Of a stretch of DNA of 64,000 nt, positions 27,936 through 37,823 are shown in pieces (within the stretch, counting starts at the first letter, position 1; the number at the start of each line of letters is the position of its first letter). The stretch is from Candidatus Kapaibacterium sp. Lineage in GTDB: Bacteria; Bacteroidota; Ignavibacteria; Kapaibacteriales; JAEUSM01. A model generated the notes under the pieces. The model worked only from the letters and a program-made list of their open reading frames with translations. It did not search any database and was not told where the DNA came from. The stretch lies in NCBI GenBank assembly GCA_016788785.1, contig JAEUSM010000017.1, positions 77,676-141,675 on the forward strand. The letters run 5' to 3'. The translations under genes were made by a program, and so were the position numbers.

Positions 27936-29057
27936 TTAATTGTAGTTTTGTATAATCATCGTTTTTTTGGATGATTGATTGGATGGAGCGTCTTTGAAAT
28001 AAATACCATTGTAGGTAAATGTTAACAAGAAAATCACGATTGCTATCCACCCAAGTATTGTTCGTTTTGAACCAATTGGTTCGTCATCTTCAACTATTGG
28101 ATGTGGCAATTTAATAAAAAATCTGGAAAGAAATGCCCAAAAGAGCCATCCGCTCCACCCCATAAAGTACCATGTGGCATTTTTATTCACCCATTCCAGC
28201 ACTGGAAGAAAGTAATCTTGTAACGTTATGAAGAAAAATCCCGGTATGTCAATTTGCAAAAGAGAATACAGATACCCAAATCCACTCCCCAAACTAAGAA
28301 TCAGCAATATCCACCACGATATTTTGGCTATGAGATGTTGTTTTCTCCCAAACATTGCATACAGAATATGCCCACCATCTAATTGACCAAAGGGAAGTAA
28401 ATTCATCGCAGTTACAAACATTCCAAACCAACCAACACACAAAAATGGATAATGATAGATTTCATTCATCGGTGGCAGATACGATGGTGCTGAAACAATA
28501 TGTTTCAATATTTCAAAGAGTACTGTATCGCCAAAATATAACCCTGAACTATCCCATTGCGAATATTGATAACTCGGATGAATTGCATATAAATAGTCAA
28601 TCGGAGGACAAGTAAGTAATCCAATAATCAAAAACAAAAAGCAAAAGATAAACCCAACTAATGGACCTGATGCACCAATATCAAAAAGCACTTTTCGAGA
28701 TACAATTGGCGTTTTAGTCTTAATAAATGCACCCATCGTTCCAAAAGGTGAGAAAAATGGGAATGGTATAAAATACGGTAAGGTTACGTCAACTTTGTGA
28801 TATCGAGCAGCAAAATAATGTCCTAACTCATGTGCAAGTAAAAACACCATTATTAAAATTGCATAGGTAAATCCAATTTGCAGTGAGAATGCGTTGATTT
28901 CTTCAATTCCTGCCCAACTTAGTCCTGCGAATATACACGAAACAAAGGTGAGAAAAAAGAGAACACTTGCTAAAATGAATTTTGGCTTTTTCTTCTTTTG
29001 AAAAATTTGAGCTACTTCTTCTTCCGTGAGATAGGTTTGCGACGATTGATTATCCAT
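27936..29057 (-). CDS. Site-2 protease (M50) family membrane metalloprotease
   Basis: AHELGH, PYFIP, GTMGAFI, NLLPFGQLDGGH. Confidence 0.92.
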   Translation of the reverse strand: MDNQSSQTYLTEEEVAQIFQKKKKPKFILASVLFFLTFVSCIFAGLSWAGIEEINAFSLQIGFTYAILIMVFLLAHELGHYFAARYHKVDVTLPYFIPFPFFSPFGTMGAFIKTKTPIVSRKVLFDIGASGPLVGFIFCFLFLIIGLLTCPPIDYLYAIHPSYQYSQWDSSGLYFGDTVLFEILKHIVSAPSYLPPMNEIYHYPFLCVGWFGMFVTAMNLLPFGQLDGGHILYAMFGRKQHLIAKISWWILLILSLGSGFGYLYSLLQIDIPGFFFITLQDYFLPVLEWVNKNATWYFMGWSGWLFWAFLSRFFIKLPHPIVEDDEPIGSKRTILGWIAIVIFLLTFTYNGIYFKDAPSNQSSKKTMIIQNYN

Positions 29058-29854
29058 TATATAGTTGGTAGTAGTGAAGCATATTCTTCCGCTTTCATTC
29101 GTACGGCATCTTTATACGATGGATATGCCATTGTTGGATATAATATAGCTCTTGATACATTAAAGAAAGCAGGACCACCATTGTTTGCATCCATCGTTTC
29201 TTTGGCATCTCCACCTTGAGCACCAATTCCCGGTATAAGAAACGGAACCGTTGGAACTGAAGCACGAATAAACGCCAGTTCTGCTGGATGGGTTGCACCA
29301 ACGACAAAGCCAAGCGTACCCTTTTGATTATATTCCATGCAACGTTCTATGACCGTTTCGTAGAGTTTTTTCCCATCAACGATTTTTCTTTGAAAATCAA
29401 ATGACCCTGCATTCGAGGTCAAAGCGAGTACAAAAACTCCCTTTGATTCGTAGGCTAAAAACGGCTCTAACGAATCTTGACCCATATAGGGGCTGACAGT
29501 AATCGCATCAAAATTCAGCTGAGTAAAAACAGCTTCAGCGTATGCTTTCGATGTATTACCAATATCACCACGTTTAGCATCTGCAATCGTAATAATATCC
29601 TTAGGAATTGACGCAATAGTTTTTTCCAAGGCTTCATATCCTAATTTCCCATATTGCTCATAAAACGCAAAATTCAATTTATACGAAGTTGCTATATGAG
29701 ACGTTGCCTCAACGACATCTTTTCCAAATGATGCAATGGGATTCGACAAGCTATGATAATATTCTGGTATTTTCGTTATATCTGGGTCAATTCCAACACA
29801 CAATTGAGTTTTCGTTTGTTGTTGTCGGAGTATATGTTTTTCTAAAAATGTCAT
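29057..29854 (-). CDS. pyrF: Orotidine-5'-phosphate decarboxylase
   Basis: LCVGIDP, DAKRGDIGNT, GFVVGAT, PGIGAQGG, SRAILY. Confidence 0.95.
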   Translation of the reverse strand: MTFLEKHILRQQQTKTQLCVGIDPDITKIPEYYHSLSNPIASFGKDVVEATSHIATSYKLNFAFYEQYGKLGYEALEKTIASIPKDIITIADAKRGDIGNTSKAYAEAVFTQLNFDAITVSPYMGQDSLEPFLAYESKGVFVLALTSNAGSFDFQRKIVDGKKLYETVIERCMEYNQKGTLGFVVGATHPAELAFIRASVPTVPFLIPGIGAQGGDAKETMDANNGGPAFFNVSRAILYPTMAYPSYKDAVRMKAEEYASLLPTI

Positions 29855-29915
29855 AATTTTGAAGAGTTCTCAATTTTTTAGCAATTTGTAGACGAATTAC
29901 TTTTTCATTAGGTAT

Positions 29916-29942
29916 AAAAAAAGCCTTTGAATCAAAGGCTTT
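29916..29942 (-). terminator. Intrinsic terminator after the M48 peptidase
   Basis: AAAGCCTTTGA-A-TCAAAGGCTTT with an A run on the + strand side (U tail on minus). Confidence 0.7.
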
Positions 29943-29962
29943 GTATCGTAGTAAGCGATGAT

Positions 29963-30757
29963 TTATAGTTTACGTTTAAACTCTTGATAGTTTTTAGCAA
30001 AAAGATTTTGTTCTGTCGGCGGTTTCAATCCAGAATTTTGAATCATTCTATCAAAATTTGTCACTCGGTCTGCAGGGAGTGGGTGTGTCGATAGCATTCT
30101 ATCTACAACAGAGGTTCCACGACCATCTTGTAATTTTTTGAAGAAGAATTTTGCTCCACCAGGAAACCATTTTGTTGTTTTCAAATATGCAAATGAAAGC
30201 GAGTCAGATTCGGTTTCGTTATCACGACTATATGCCAACAGTGCTTGTCCACTAAATAAATTTGCTGCCATTTGGGTGGTTCTACCAGGATTATTTCCCA
30301 AAACAATTTCCAACATCGTTTGCAAACCATACGCTTTTGTCATTTTCTGTGTTCCGTGACGCATTTCTGCGTGAGCTATCTCATGCCCCATTACTCCAGC
30401 AAGTGATGCTTCATTGTCCAACATTTTCATAAGCCCTGTGTATACATAGATATATCCACCTGGTGTACAAAAGGCATTCGCAGTTTTATCATCATTGATA
30501 ACCGCAACCTTATACGCAAAACGTCCACGGTATTTCACTTGAGGAGATTGCAAAATATCATTTGCCATATTCTGCACATAATTCGTCACCTCTGCATTAT
30601 TCAAAATGGGATATTCTCTCGGATTGGAGCGAATTTCAGCGTCTAATTGACTCCCCAATTTCACATCGTCAGAAAGTGGGAACATATTAAAACCACAGGA
30701 AGAAAGCACACTTGTTACAAGCACAAGCAATAGCGGAAGAAGTACATGTTTTTTCAT
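29963..30757 (-). CDS. M48 family metalloprotease lipoprotein
   Basis: Lipobox LSSC; NAFCTPGGYIYVYTG, GHEIAH, YSRDNETESD, LSTHP. Confidence 0.92.
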   Translation of the reverse strand: MKKHVLLPLLLVLVTSVLSSCGFNMFPLSDDVKLGSQLDAEIRSNPREYPILNNAEVTNYVQNMANDILQSPQVKYRGRFAYKVAVINDDKTANAFCTPGGYIYVYTGLMKMLDNEASLAGVMGHEIAHAEMRHGTQKMTKAYGLQTMLEIVLGNNPGRTTQMAANLFSGQALLAYSRDNETESDSLSFAYLKTTKWFPGGAKFFFKKLQDGRGTSVVDRMLSTHPLPADRVTNFDRMIQNSGLKPPTEQNLFAKNYQEFKRKL

Positions 30758-30876
30758 TGGATTTTTTGATGTTTAAAGACAAAAATTCTTTATACTCTTG
30801 CAATATACCGATTTTTTAGAAATCTACAGTATTATGAAATGGTTAGTAAACGAGTATTTGGGTAAAAAACAGTTTT

Positions 30877-31638
30877 TTACCACATTTGATAACTTGCTGG
30901 GTAGGAGACTTTTGCGAGGTGAAGACCGTTAGGAGGAGCTAATTTTTGGATGAAGGAGCGGTTTTGTTGGTGGAAACGGTCGAGAAGTTCTTGGATGGTG
31001 TCTTTTCCTTGACCACATCGTACCATCGCACCGACTAAGGCACGAACCATCGAATACAAAAATCTATTTGCTTTGATAGTGAATATGAATTGTTGATTTT
31101 GCAAATCAAATTTCCATTCGCATTCATTGACGATACACCGATGGTCAGTTACGTCTTTATTACGTTTGGTAAAGGTAGAAAAGTCATGAATGCCTACAAA
31201 CATTTCTGCACCTTGTTGCAAAATATCGAACGATAGTTCTTGCGTTTGTAACCAAGAATAGCGTCTGCTGAAAACAGAATCCTTGAGGGAAACAACGTAA
31301 TGATAGGTTCGTTCTGTGGCAGTAAAACGGGAATGGAAGTCATCACCCTTGGGATGACGAGCGTCTATGATGCGAATATCCGATGGCAACCGTTTTGCGA
31401 AAATAGATGGAATTTCTTGAACATCAATTGGCAACGTTTCAGTAGAAAAATGAGCGACTTGTCCTCGTGCATGAACGCCGACGTCTGTTCTTCCAGCTCC
31501 AACGACATACCCCTCGAAAGGAATAAATCGCTGTAATGCTTTGGTGAGTTCGGATTGTACTGTTCGTTGATTAGGTTGATGTTGCCACCCAGCGAAGTCA
31601 GTGCCATCATATTCCAGAAGCAATGCTATCGTTTTCAT
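30877..31638 (-). CDS. truA: tRNA pseudouridine(38-40) synthase
   Basis: EYDGTDFAGWQ, AGRTDVGVHA, HDFSTF, FLYSMVR. Confidence 0.95.
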   Translation of the reverse strand: MKTIALLLEYDGTDFAGWQHQPNQRTVQSELTKALQRFIPFEGYVVGAGRTDVGVHARGQVAHFSTETLPIDVQEIPSIFAKRLPSDIRIIDARHPKGDDFHSRFTATERTYHYVVSLKDSVFSRRYSWLQTQELSFDILQQGAEMFVGIHDFSTFTKRNKDVTDHRCIVNECEWKFDLQNQQFIFTIKANRFLYSMVRALVGAMVRCGQGKDTIQELLDRFHQQNRSFIQKLAPPNGLHLAKVSYPASYQMW

Positions 31639-31647
31639 TGCGAAATG

Positions 31648-32313
31648 CTATTGCTCAACAACAGGGAGATTCTGCTGTTTAAAAAGATTCATCACAAATT
31701 GTGTAGATGGAGCAGTTCGTGGAATCAATTCGTTCACAATGGTGGTTTTTCCGAATACTTCATTGCGAGTGTACAAAACCTTTGAAATTCCCAGAAAGCG
31801 TTTTTCCAATTCGGTAACTGTCGAATCAGCAAACGATCCAACGAGTACAAATCGTGAGGGTGCCAAATCATTTGTCAAAATACCTACCATTTGCGAAATA
31901 AGTAGACCTTGATTTTTGAGAGAAGTAGGAGTTGCCTCTGTCATCGCTTGTTTCAAAAGTCGCTTATATTCGGCAAGAGAGGTACATTGTTTATACATAA
32001 AGGTCGAACCGAGCACCATTTTTGTCATAGCTGAATCTTTGCCAATGTGTGCTTGGATATTTTCGGTGATACGTACTATATTTGCAGAATCTACTTTTGA
32101 CAATACTACCACATACACTCCAGCAGTAGCAGGAATTTTTCGTTTTGCTATTGGTTCGGTTTTTTTCGGAGTTACTCTATAAAAGTATGCCAACATCATT
32201 GCCGTTATAAACAACAAACCCAACAAGGAATAATATAGCTTCCAAGAGGATTTTTTCGCTTTTGGAACGCCTAATTGTTCTTCTAAAAAGTCTTTTTTTT
32301 CTTGAGAATTCAT
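31648..32313 (-). CDS. Hypothetical single-pass membrane protein
   Basis: 221-aa ORF tightly packed between purF and truA; one N-terminal TM segment. Confidence 0.7.
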   Translation of the reverse strand: MNSQEKKDFLEEQLGVPKAKKSSWKLYYSLLGLLFITAMMLAYFYRVTPKKTEPIAKRKIPATAGVYVVVLSKVDSANIVRITENIQAHIGKDSAMTKMVLGSTFMYKQCTSLAEYKRLLKQAMTEATPTSLKNQGLLISQMVGILTNDLAPSRFVLVGSFADSTVTELEKRFLGISKVLYTRNEVFGKTTIVNELIPRTAPSTQFVMNLFKQQNLPVVEQ

Positions 32314-32319
32314 TGATTG

Positions 32320-33819
32320 TTAAAGTTCTTCAGAAAGAAGTTTACCAGAATCCACTTCGATTTCCACAGGGTATTTCCCTGTAAAACAAGCGTCACAATA
32401 CCCAATGTTTTCATCTTGCGGAACTGCTTCAAAGAGTTTTTCCGTCGTCAAATATTCCAAAGAATCTGCACCGAGATATTGCCCAATTTCTTCAACAGAA
32501 CCCATTTGATTGGCAATTAGTTCCTCTTTCGATGGAAAATCCATTCCATACCGACATGGGAATTTGACAGGTGGTGAAGTAATTCGCATGTGTATTTCTT
32601 TTGGAGATGCTTCGCGAATCATTTTTATCAGTGAGCGTGAGGTAGTACCACGAACAATCGAATCGTCAACAACAACAATTTTTCGTCCTTCAACCACACC
32701 TTTTACAACATTGAATTTTGTTTTAACTTTAAATTCTCTGCTTTCTTGTCCTGGAGCAATAAATGTACGACCGACATAGTGACTACGGATAAGACCAATC
32801 TCATACCGGGTTGGAATACCTTGTTTTTGGTTGACACGAGCATATCCTAAAGTAGAGGTATTTCCACTATCGGGAACGGGTATAACAACTACTTTTTCCT
32901 CTTGATCAGCACCAACAGGAGATTGTTCGGCAAGTTTTTTTCCTAATTTTCTTCTGATTTTGTCCACTGAATGACCAAACACCTTAGAATCAGGACGAGA
33001 AAAATAGATATATTCGAACACACATTGTTTTGCTTTTGGGGTAACATCAACAATTTTATGCGAAGCAATAATGCCAGTGCTAATGGTGTTTTTGTCTATC
33101 ACAATCATTTCATTGTGGCGAACATCACGAACGTATTCTGCACTCAATATATCAAAGGCACAGGTTTCAGAAGCAACAAAATATGCATACGTATCACCAA
33201 TTTTTTTTCTGCCAATACTCAACGGTCTAAAGCCATGAGGATCACGTGCAGCAATCAATTTGTTATTGGTCATGACTACGACCGAAAAAGCACCTTTGAC
33301 TGTTTGGAGAGCTTCTTTTATCTGCTCAACCTTCGTTTTTTTACTACTACGAGCAATGATGTGCAAAAACAACTCACTATCGGAAGTTGATTGGAAAATT
33401 GAGCCTTTTTCACTCAATTTTTTTCGTAAAGCACGAGTATTCGTCAAATTCCCATTATGAGCCAATGCAAGATTGCCCATGTGGTAATTAATGTGGAAGG
33501 GTTGAATATTTGCAACGGAATTTCCACCTGTGGTAGAATACCGATTATGCCCAATTGCGGCAGTTCCTTTTAACGTATCAGTAAGAATTTTTTCGTTAAA
33601 AATATCAAGAACCAATCCTTCATCTTTATGTGTATAAAAACGCGTTTTATCTTTTTCTTTATCAAAATAGGAAGAAACAATTCCAGCTGCTTCTTGACCA
33701 CGATGTTGGAGAGAATGGAGAGCGTAATATGCCATTACAGAGGCTTGAGGATGATTGTACACCCCAATTACACCACAATTGGTTTGCGGTTTGTCAATAT
33801 GTTCTAAATAGGGACTCAA
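32320..33819 (-). CDS. purF: Amidophosphoribosyltransferase
   Basis: Propeptide then CGVIG, LQHRGQE, GHNRYST, VDDSIVRGTT, Fe-S cysteines (CDAC). Confidence 0.97.
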   Translation of the reverse strand: MSPYLEHIDKPQTNCGVIGVYNHPQASVMAYYALHSLQHRGQEAAGIVSSYFDKEKDKTRFYTHKDEGLVLDIFNEKILTDTLKGTAAIGHNRYSTTGGNSVANIQPFHINYHMGNLALAHNGNLTNTRALRKKLSEKGSIFQSTSDSELFLHIIARSSKKTKVEQIKEALQTVKGAFSVVVMTNNKLIAARDPHGFRPLSIGRKKIGDTYAYFVASETCAFDILSAEYVRDVRHNEMIVIDKNTISTGIIASHKIVDVTPKAKQCVFEYIYFSRPDSKVFGHSVDKIRRKLGKKLAEQSPVGADQEEKVVVIPVPDSGNTSTLGYARVNQKQGIPTRYEIGLIRSHYVGRTFIAPGQESREFKVKTKFNVVKGVVEGRKIVVVDDSIVRGTTSRSLIKMIREASPKEIHMRITSPPVKFPCRYGMDFPSKEELIANQMGSVEEIGQYLGADSLEYLTTEKLFEAVPQDENIGYCDACFTGKYPVEIEVDSGKLLSEEL

Positions 33820-34496
33820 AGTAATCCTTCATTTGCAAAAGATGTAAACTGTTCACCAGCAATAATCAAATGATCCAACAATTTCATACCTAAAATTGAC
33901 GCTCCTTGAGCTATTTGTTTGGTGATTTCTTTATCGGCTTTCGATGCTTCTGGATTTCCAGAAGGATGATTGTGCAACAAAATAATGGAAGTTGCACTTT
34001 CCAAAATTGCAATACGGAACACTTCAGGGATATCAACATCACAACTATTTCGTGTTCCAATCCCAACTAAATGATCGCGAATAACTTGATTGGCTGTATT
34101 GAGCAAAAGCACTCTAAATGATTCTTTCCGTTCATCACGTAAGCGATGAATGTAGTAAATAGCAACATCAGATGGAGAACGAAAGACTTGTTTATTGCGA
34201 AATGGGGGAGTTTTGACGCGTCGAGTAAGTTCGCACGCTGCAACAATGACAGTTGCACGAGCGGTTCCAAGACCGGAAATTTTTTTGAGAGCGGAAATGT
34301 CTTGTCGGCAAAGTTCTGTAAATGATCCAAATTCAATAAGAATTTCTTTTGCCAAATCAACAACATTTTTGCCCTTAATTCCAGAACCAACCAATAACGC
34401 CAACAACTCAGAATCACTCAAGGCTTCAGGACCGACTTCGAGTAGCCTTTCCCTTGGTTTATCTTCGTCTCGCCAATTGCTAAGAGCAAGAGCCAT
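33816..34496 (-). CDS. radC: RadC/UPF0758 JAB-domain protein
   Basis: KPRERL, LSDSELLA, HNHPSGNPEASKAD, LLDHLII. Confidence 0.93.
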   Translation of the reverse strand: MALALSNWRDEDKPRERLLEVGPEALSDSELLALLVGSGIKGKNVVDLAKEILIEFGSFTELCRQDISALKKISGLGTARATVIVAACELTRRVKTPPFRNKQVFRSPSDVAIYYIHRLRDERKESFRVLLLNTANQVIRDHLVGIGTRNSCDVDIPEVFRIAILESATSIILLHNHPSGNPEASKADKEITKQIAQGASILGMKLLDHLIIAGEQFTSFANEGLL

Positions 34497-34581
34497 TCTC
34501 TTTAGTTACTATATCGTTGGTAATAAGGTTTTGACGGAAAATCATCAAAATTCGTGTTAATCAACATGACAAGATGAGAAG

Positions 34582-35481
34582 TTAATACGTCTCATCGGTG
34601 TCATCTTTGTTTGATTTTTTCATTCCAATTTGCTCAATTTTCTTCATTAATGACGAAGGATCTTTTTTCTCTAACAAGGAAAAATACTGGAATCCCATTG
34701 AAATATAAGTAATTGTCGACAATAATAATGTTCCAACAGTATAAACTATACCAAAAAGCACATTCAAAATAGTCATAAATATACTATAAGAGTTTGAAGG
34801 TTCGCTGTACATCGTAAGTCCAGTAATCATTGTCATAATCAATGTAGGAACAGAAAATATTTGTGATAACACCCCAACTATCATTGCCATTACGATATAC
34901 ACTCCAAACGTCATCCACCAATTATCTTTTACTAAGGTGAATGAACGTTTAATAGCATCAACTAAGCCCAAATGTGGTTCTTGAAAACGGAGAATAAAAA
35001 TCATCGAAAGGGGTACAAAAAACCAAATTCCTGGGATGATACAAAACAATGTACCAACACCAATCATAAAGAATGTAACAATAGCCGTAACAATGGTTAT
35101 TCCAATTCGTTCTTTAGCAACAGCCCATACTTGAGCATGAGGGATAGGGGCATGATTTTCAGACTTTTCTACAAGATCAATGTAGGTATTGACCATGAGA
35201 ATGGACATCATTGTTGCAAGCAGGAGAAACACATAAAAAATGGAACCAAATATCGCCAAATTTATGATAGATGCTACGCTTCCTTGCGTCAAAGCAGTAA
35301 AATCAAACATTTGCCCATTCATCATTCCATACCCAACACCTCCTACAAATGAGAATGGTCCAGCATAAAAAAGTAATGTCAAAGAAATACTTTTGAAATG
35401 AATTCGTAAAAAATCAAACGTGGCTGAAATTATCTCACCAAAATCACGAGATTTGCGAATCTCAACATACTGTGTGCTCAT
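34582..35481 (-). CDS. Conserved hypothetical polytopic membrane protein
   Basis: RDFGEIISATFDF start, CIIPGIW, RSFTLVKDNWW; about 6 TM segments. Confidence 0.75.
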   Translation of the reverse strand: MSTQYVEIRKSRDFGEIISATFDFLRIHFKSISLTLLFYAGPFSFVGGVGYGMMNGQMFDFTALTQGSVASIINLAIFGSIFYVFLLLATMMSILMVNTYIDLVEKSENHAPIPHAQVWAVAKERIGITIVTAIVTFFMIGVGTLFCIIPGIWFFVPLSMIFILRFQEPHLGLVDAIKRSFTLVKDNWWMTFGVYIVMAMIVGVLSQIFSVPTLIMTMITGLTMYSEPSNSYSIFMTILNVLFGIVYTVGTLLLSTITYISMGFQYFSLLEKKDPSSLMKKIEQIGMKKSNKDDTDETY

Positions 35482-35578
35482 AATTTTTTCTCAAATTTGT
35501 TTGTTCTGTACATTCTATATTGTGCAATACTATAACAAATGTACTATTTTTTTTGGAATCTGACTTCAATTGTTTTAA

Positions 35579-36511
35579 ATGATTAACGAAATACAAAAAG
35601 TTGCCATCATTGGTGCTGGTTCGAAAACCGCTGATACACTCATTCGAGTGCTAACAAAAGAGTTGGATATGAAATTTCTGCTATTTTCTTCACAATTTAG
35701 TGTCGAAAAAGCACAATCCCCAAAAATTGTTCAATATCCTATTTCTGCAACGGATAAAAAGCAATTAAAAGCAGTGTTACTTCACGAACAACCTTCATTC
35801 ATTATTAATTGTGCAGCAATGACGAATGTAGATGGGTGCGAGGACAATAAACAACTTGCATGGAGTTTGAATGTAACTACTGTTGAGACCTTAGTGCAAA
35901 TTTGCAAAATCACCGGCTCACATTTGATTCATTTTTCGACTGATTATGTTTTTGATGGACTCAATGGCCCCTATTCAGAACTTGATAAACCTAATCCCAT
36001 CAGCTACTACGGCAAAAGCAAATTGGCAGGTGAAAATGTTTGTTTACCCTCTGGAATTGATGTAACGGTACTTCGAACCAATGTTGTGTATAGCTCCAAC
36101 CCTAACAAAGGGGATTTTGTACATTGGGTGATTAAAATGTTAGAAAAGGAACTACCAATAACCGTGGTGAGCGATCAATATTCAAATCCTACTATCACGG
36201 ATGATTTGGCATACGCAGTGTTAAAAGTAATACTAAAAGGTTATAAAGGTTTATATCACATTGCAGGATCAAAATACTGCAACCGAGTGGATTTTGCAAA
36301 AAAAATTGCTCAAATTTATATGTTAGATGAGACTAACATTCATCCAATTACGACAGCAGAATTGCATCAAAAAGCGAAAAGACCTTTAAAAGGTGGATTG
36401 CAAACCTTAAAAGCACAAAGTGAGTTTGGGATAGAATTTCTTTCAGTCGAATCGGGTTTGATAATGATGAGAAATCAACTCTTTTCGTTGGGCTATATTA
36501 AACATAAATAA
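35579..36511 (+). CDS. rfbD: dTDP-4-dehydrorhamnose reductase family (RmlD) SDR
   Basis: NCAAMTNVDGCE, STDYVFDG, YYGKSKLAGE, DQYSNPT. Confidence 0.8.
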   Translation: MINEIQKVAIIGAGSKTADTLIRVLTKELDMKFLLFSSQFSVEKAQSPKIVQYPISATDKKQLKAVLLHEQPSFIINCAAMTNVDGCEDNKQLAWSLNVTTVETLVQICKITGSHLIHFSTDYVFDGLNGPYSELDKPNPISYYGKSKLAGENVCLPSGIDVTVLRTNVVYSSNPNKGDFVHWVIKMLEKELPITVVSDQYSNPTITDDLAYAVLKVILKGYKGLYHIAGSKYCNRVDFAKKIAQIYMLDETNIHPITTAELHQKAKRPLKGGLQTLKAQSEFGIEFLSVESGLIMMRNQLFSLGYIKHK

Positions 36512-36585
36512 GATACAAATTTTTTCTTTTTTCTATCGTTGATAGAGTGAAGAAGAGGCTGTTCTTACAACATGACCGTACAATC

Positions 36586-37239
36586 ATGAACAGAAGACAA
36601 TTACGCGAATTAATTATACTCGGTGAATCGACCACTACCGAGTTTAAACGAAAATTTACTACCGCTGAGAAAATTTCACGAGAAGTTGTAGCATTTGCCA
36701 ATACAAAGGGTGGTTATTTACTTATTGGTGTTGATGACGATGGTTCCATCGTTGGAGTAGATTCTGAAAAAAGTGTTATTGATGAAGTTTCTCGAGCGTC
36801 CTCATTTTGGATAGACCCACCCATTGAAACATCTGTTGATATAATCGAGATTGATTACAAAGATGTGATAGTTATTGCAGTGGATGAATCTCAACAGAAA
36901 CCGCACAGAGTATTGACCTTTGATGAGAAAAACAATGTTATTGAACGAAAAGCATACATTCGTCAAGGTGAAAATTCTGTCTTGGCATCGAAGCAGATGG
37001 AACAAGTTCTTTCAAGCAGAAATGCAAATTCCACTCCAGTTACATTATCCATTTCGGACAAAGAAAAGCGTCTTTTTGCATATTTAGATACTCATCAAAA
37101 AGCGACAGTCAAAGACTTTGCACGCTTAGTAAATATATCCGATCGGTGGGCTGCACGATTATTAGTTAGATTAGTTCGAGCAGGTGCTTTGCACATCCAT
37201 TCCACCAACAACGGCAGCGAATTTTATACGTTGGTATAG
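36586..37239 (+). CDS. Schlafen/AlbA_2-domain protein with C-terminal winged-helix-like domain
   Basis: GESTTTEFKR, VAFANTKGGYLLIGVDDDG, AYIRQG; alternative GTG start at 36547. Confidence 0.85.
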   Translation: MNRRQLRELIILGESTTTEFKRKFTTAEKISREVVAFANTKGGYLLIGVDDDGSIVGVDSEKSVIDEVSRASSFWIDPPIETSVDIIEIDYKDVIVIAVDESQQKPHRVLTFDEKNNVIERKAYIRQGENSVLASKQMEQVLSSRNANSTPVTLSISDKEKRLFAYLDTHQKATVKDFARLVNISDRWAARLLVRLVRAGALHIHSTNNGSEFYTLV

Positions 37240-37247
37240 AAAAACCC

Positions 37248-37781
37248 TTACTCGTCGAACCAATATTGTATGCCAATACGGATCATTGGCTGGAACGATG
37301 CTTTTGAAGCTTGTTGGTATGGTTCTGTATAGAGAACACCAGCAATTGAGGCGTGAAAGATTTTATAGATTACTTCGTAGGCAGGTCCAATCCAAATAGC
37401 TTTGTTGGATATTGTAGAATCATTTGAGGGGGTGATAGCCCTATTATATCCAAACAATGCAGTCAATTGTTGCTCAAAATTTCCTTTTTGATACAAGGTA
37501 TAGAAAATTCCTCCTTCCAAACCTATCCGCTCACCAGCAAATACAGACATTCTCACTCCTATTTCGCCATCTGTTACACCAGCATTTATACCAATCGCTT
37601 GGAAAGGATATGCCATTCCATTCGCACCAATAAAAACATACGGCGACGGCTCCGAAACGAACGCTGTATCGTTTGCTTGTTGAATTCTACTATACATTGA
37701 CGCTGCATTCAATGATAAAGCTTGAGCTACTATTAAAGCAAAAAAGAAAAGGTAATACCGCAACCAGTTGAATGATATCAT
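37248..37781 (-). CDS. Hypothetical exported protein, possibly a small outer-membrane beta-barrel
   Basis: Signal-peptide-like N-terminus, alternating beta-strand patterns, C-terminal IGIQYWF. Confidence 0.55.
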   Translation of the reverse strand: MISFNWLRYYLFFFALIVAQALSLNAASMYSRIQQANDTAFVSEPSPYVFIGANGMAYPFQAIGINAGVTDGEIGVRMSVFAGERIGLEGGIFYTLYQKGNFEQQLTALFGYNRAITPSNDSTISNKAIWIGPAYEVIYKIFHASIAGVLYTEPYQQASKASFQPMIRIGIQYWFDE

Positions 37782-37823
37782 ACAACTAATAACGATTTAC
37801 CTTTATTTTCGTTTAGGTTCTTA

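Noticed and set aside
33816-34496. radC as a mobile-element marker
   Set aside because: Full-length chromosomal type with N-terminal HhH region, overlapping purF; no mobility genes nearby
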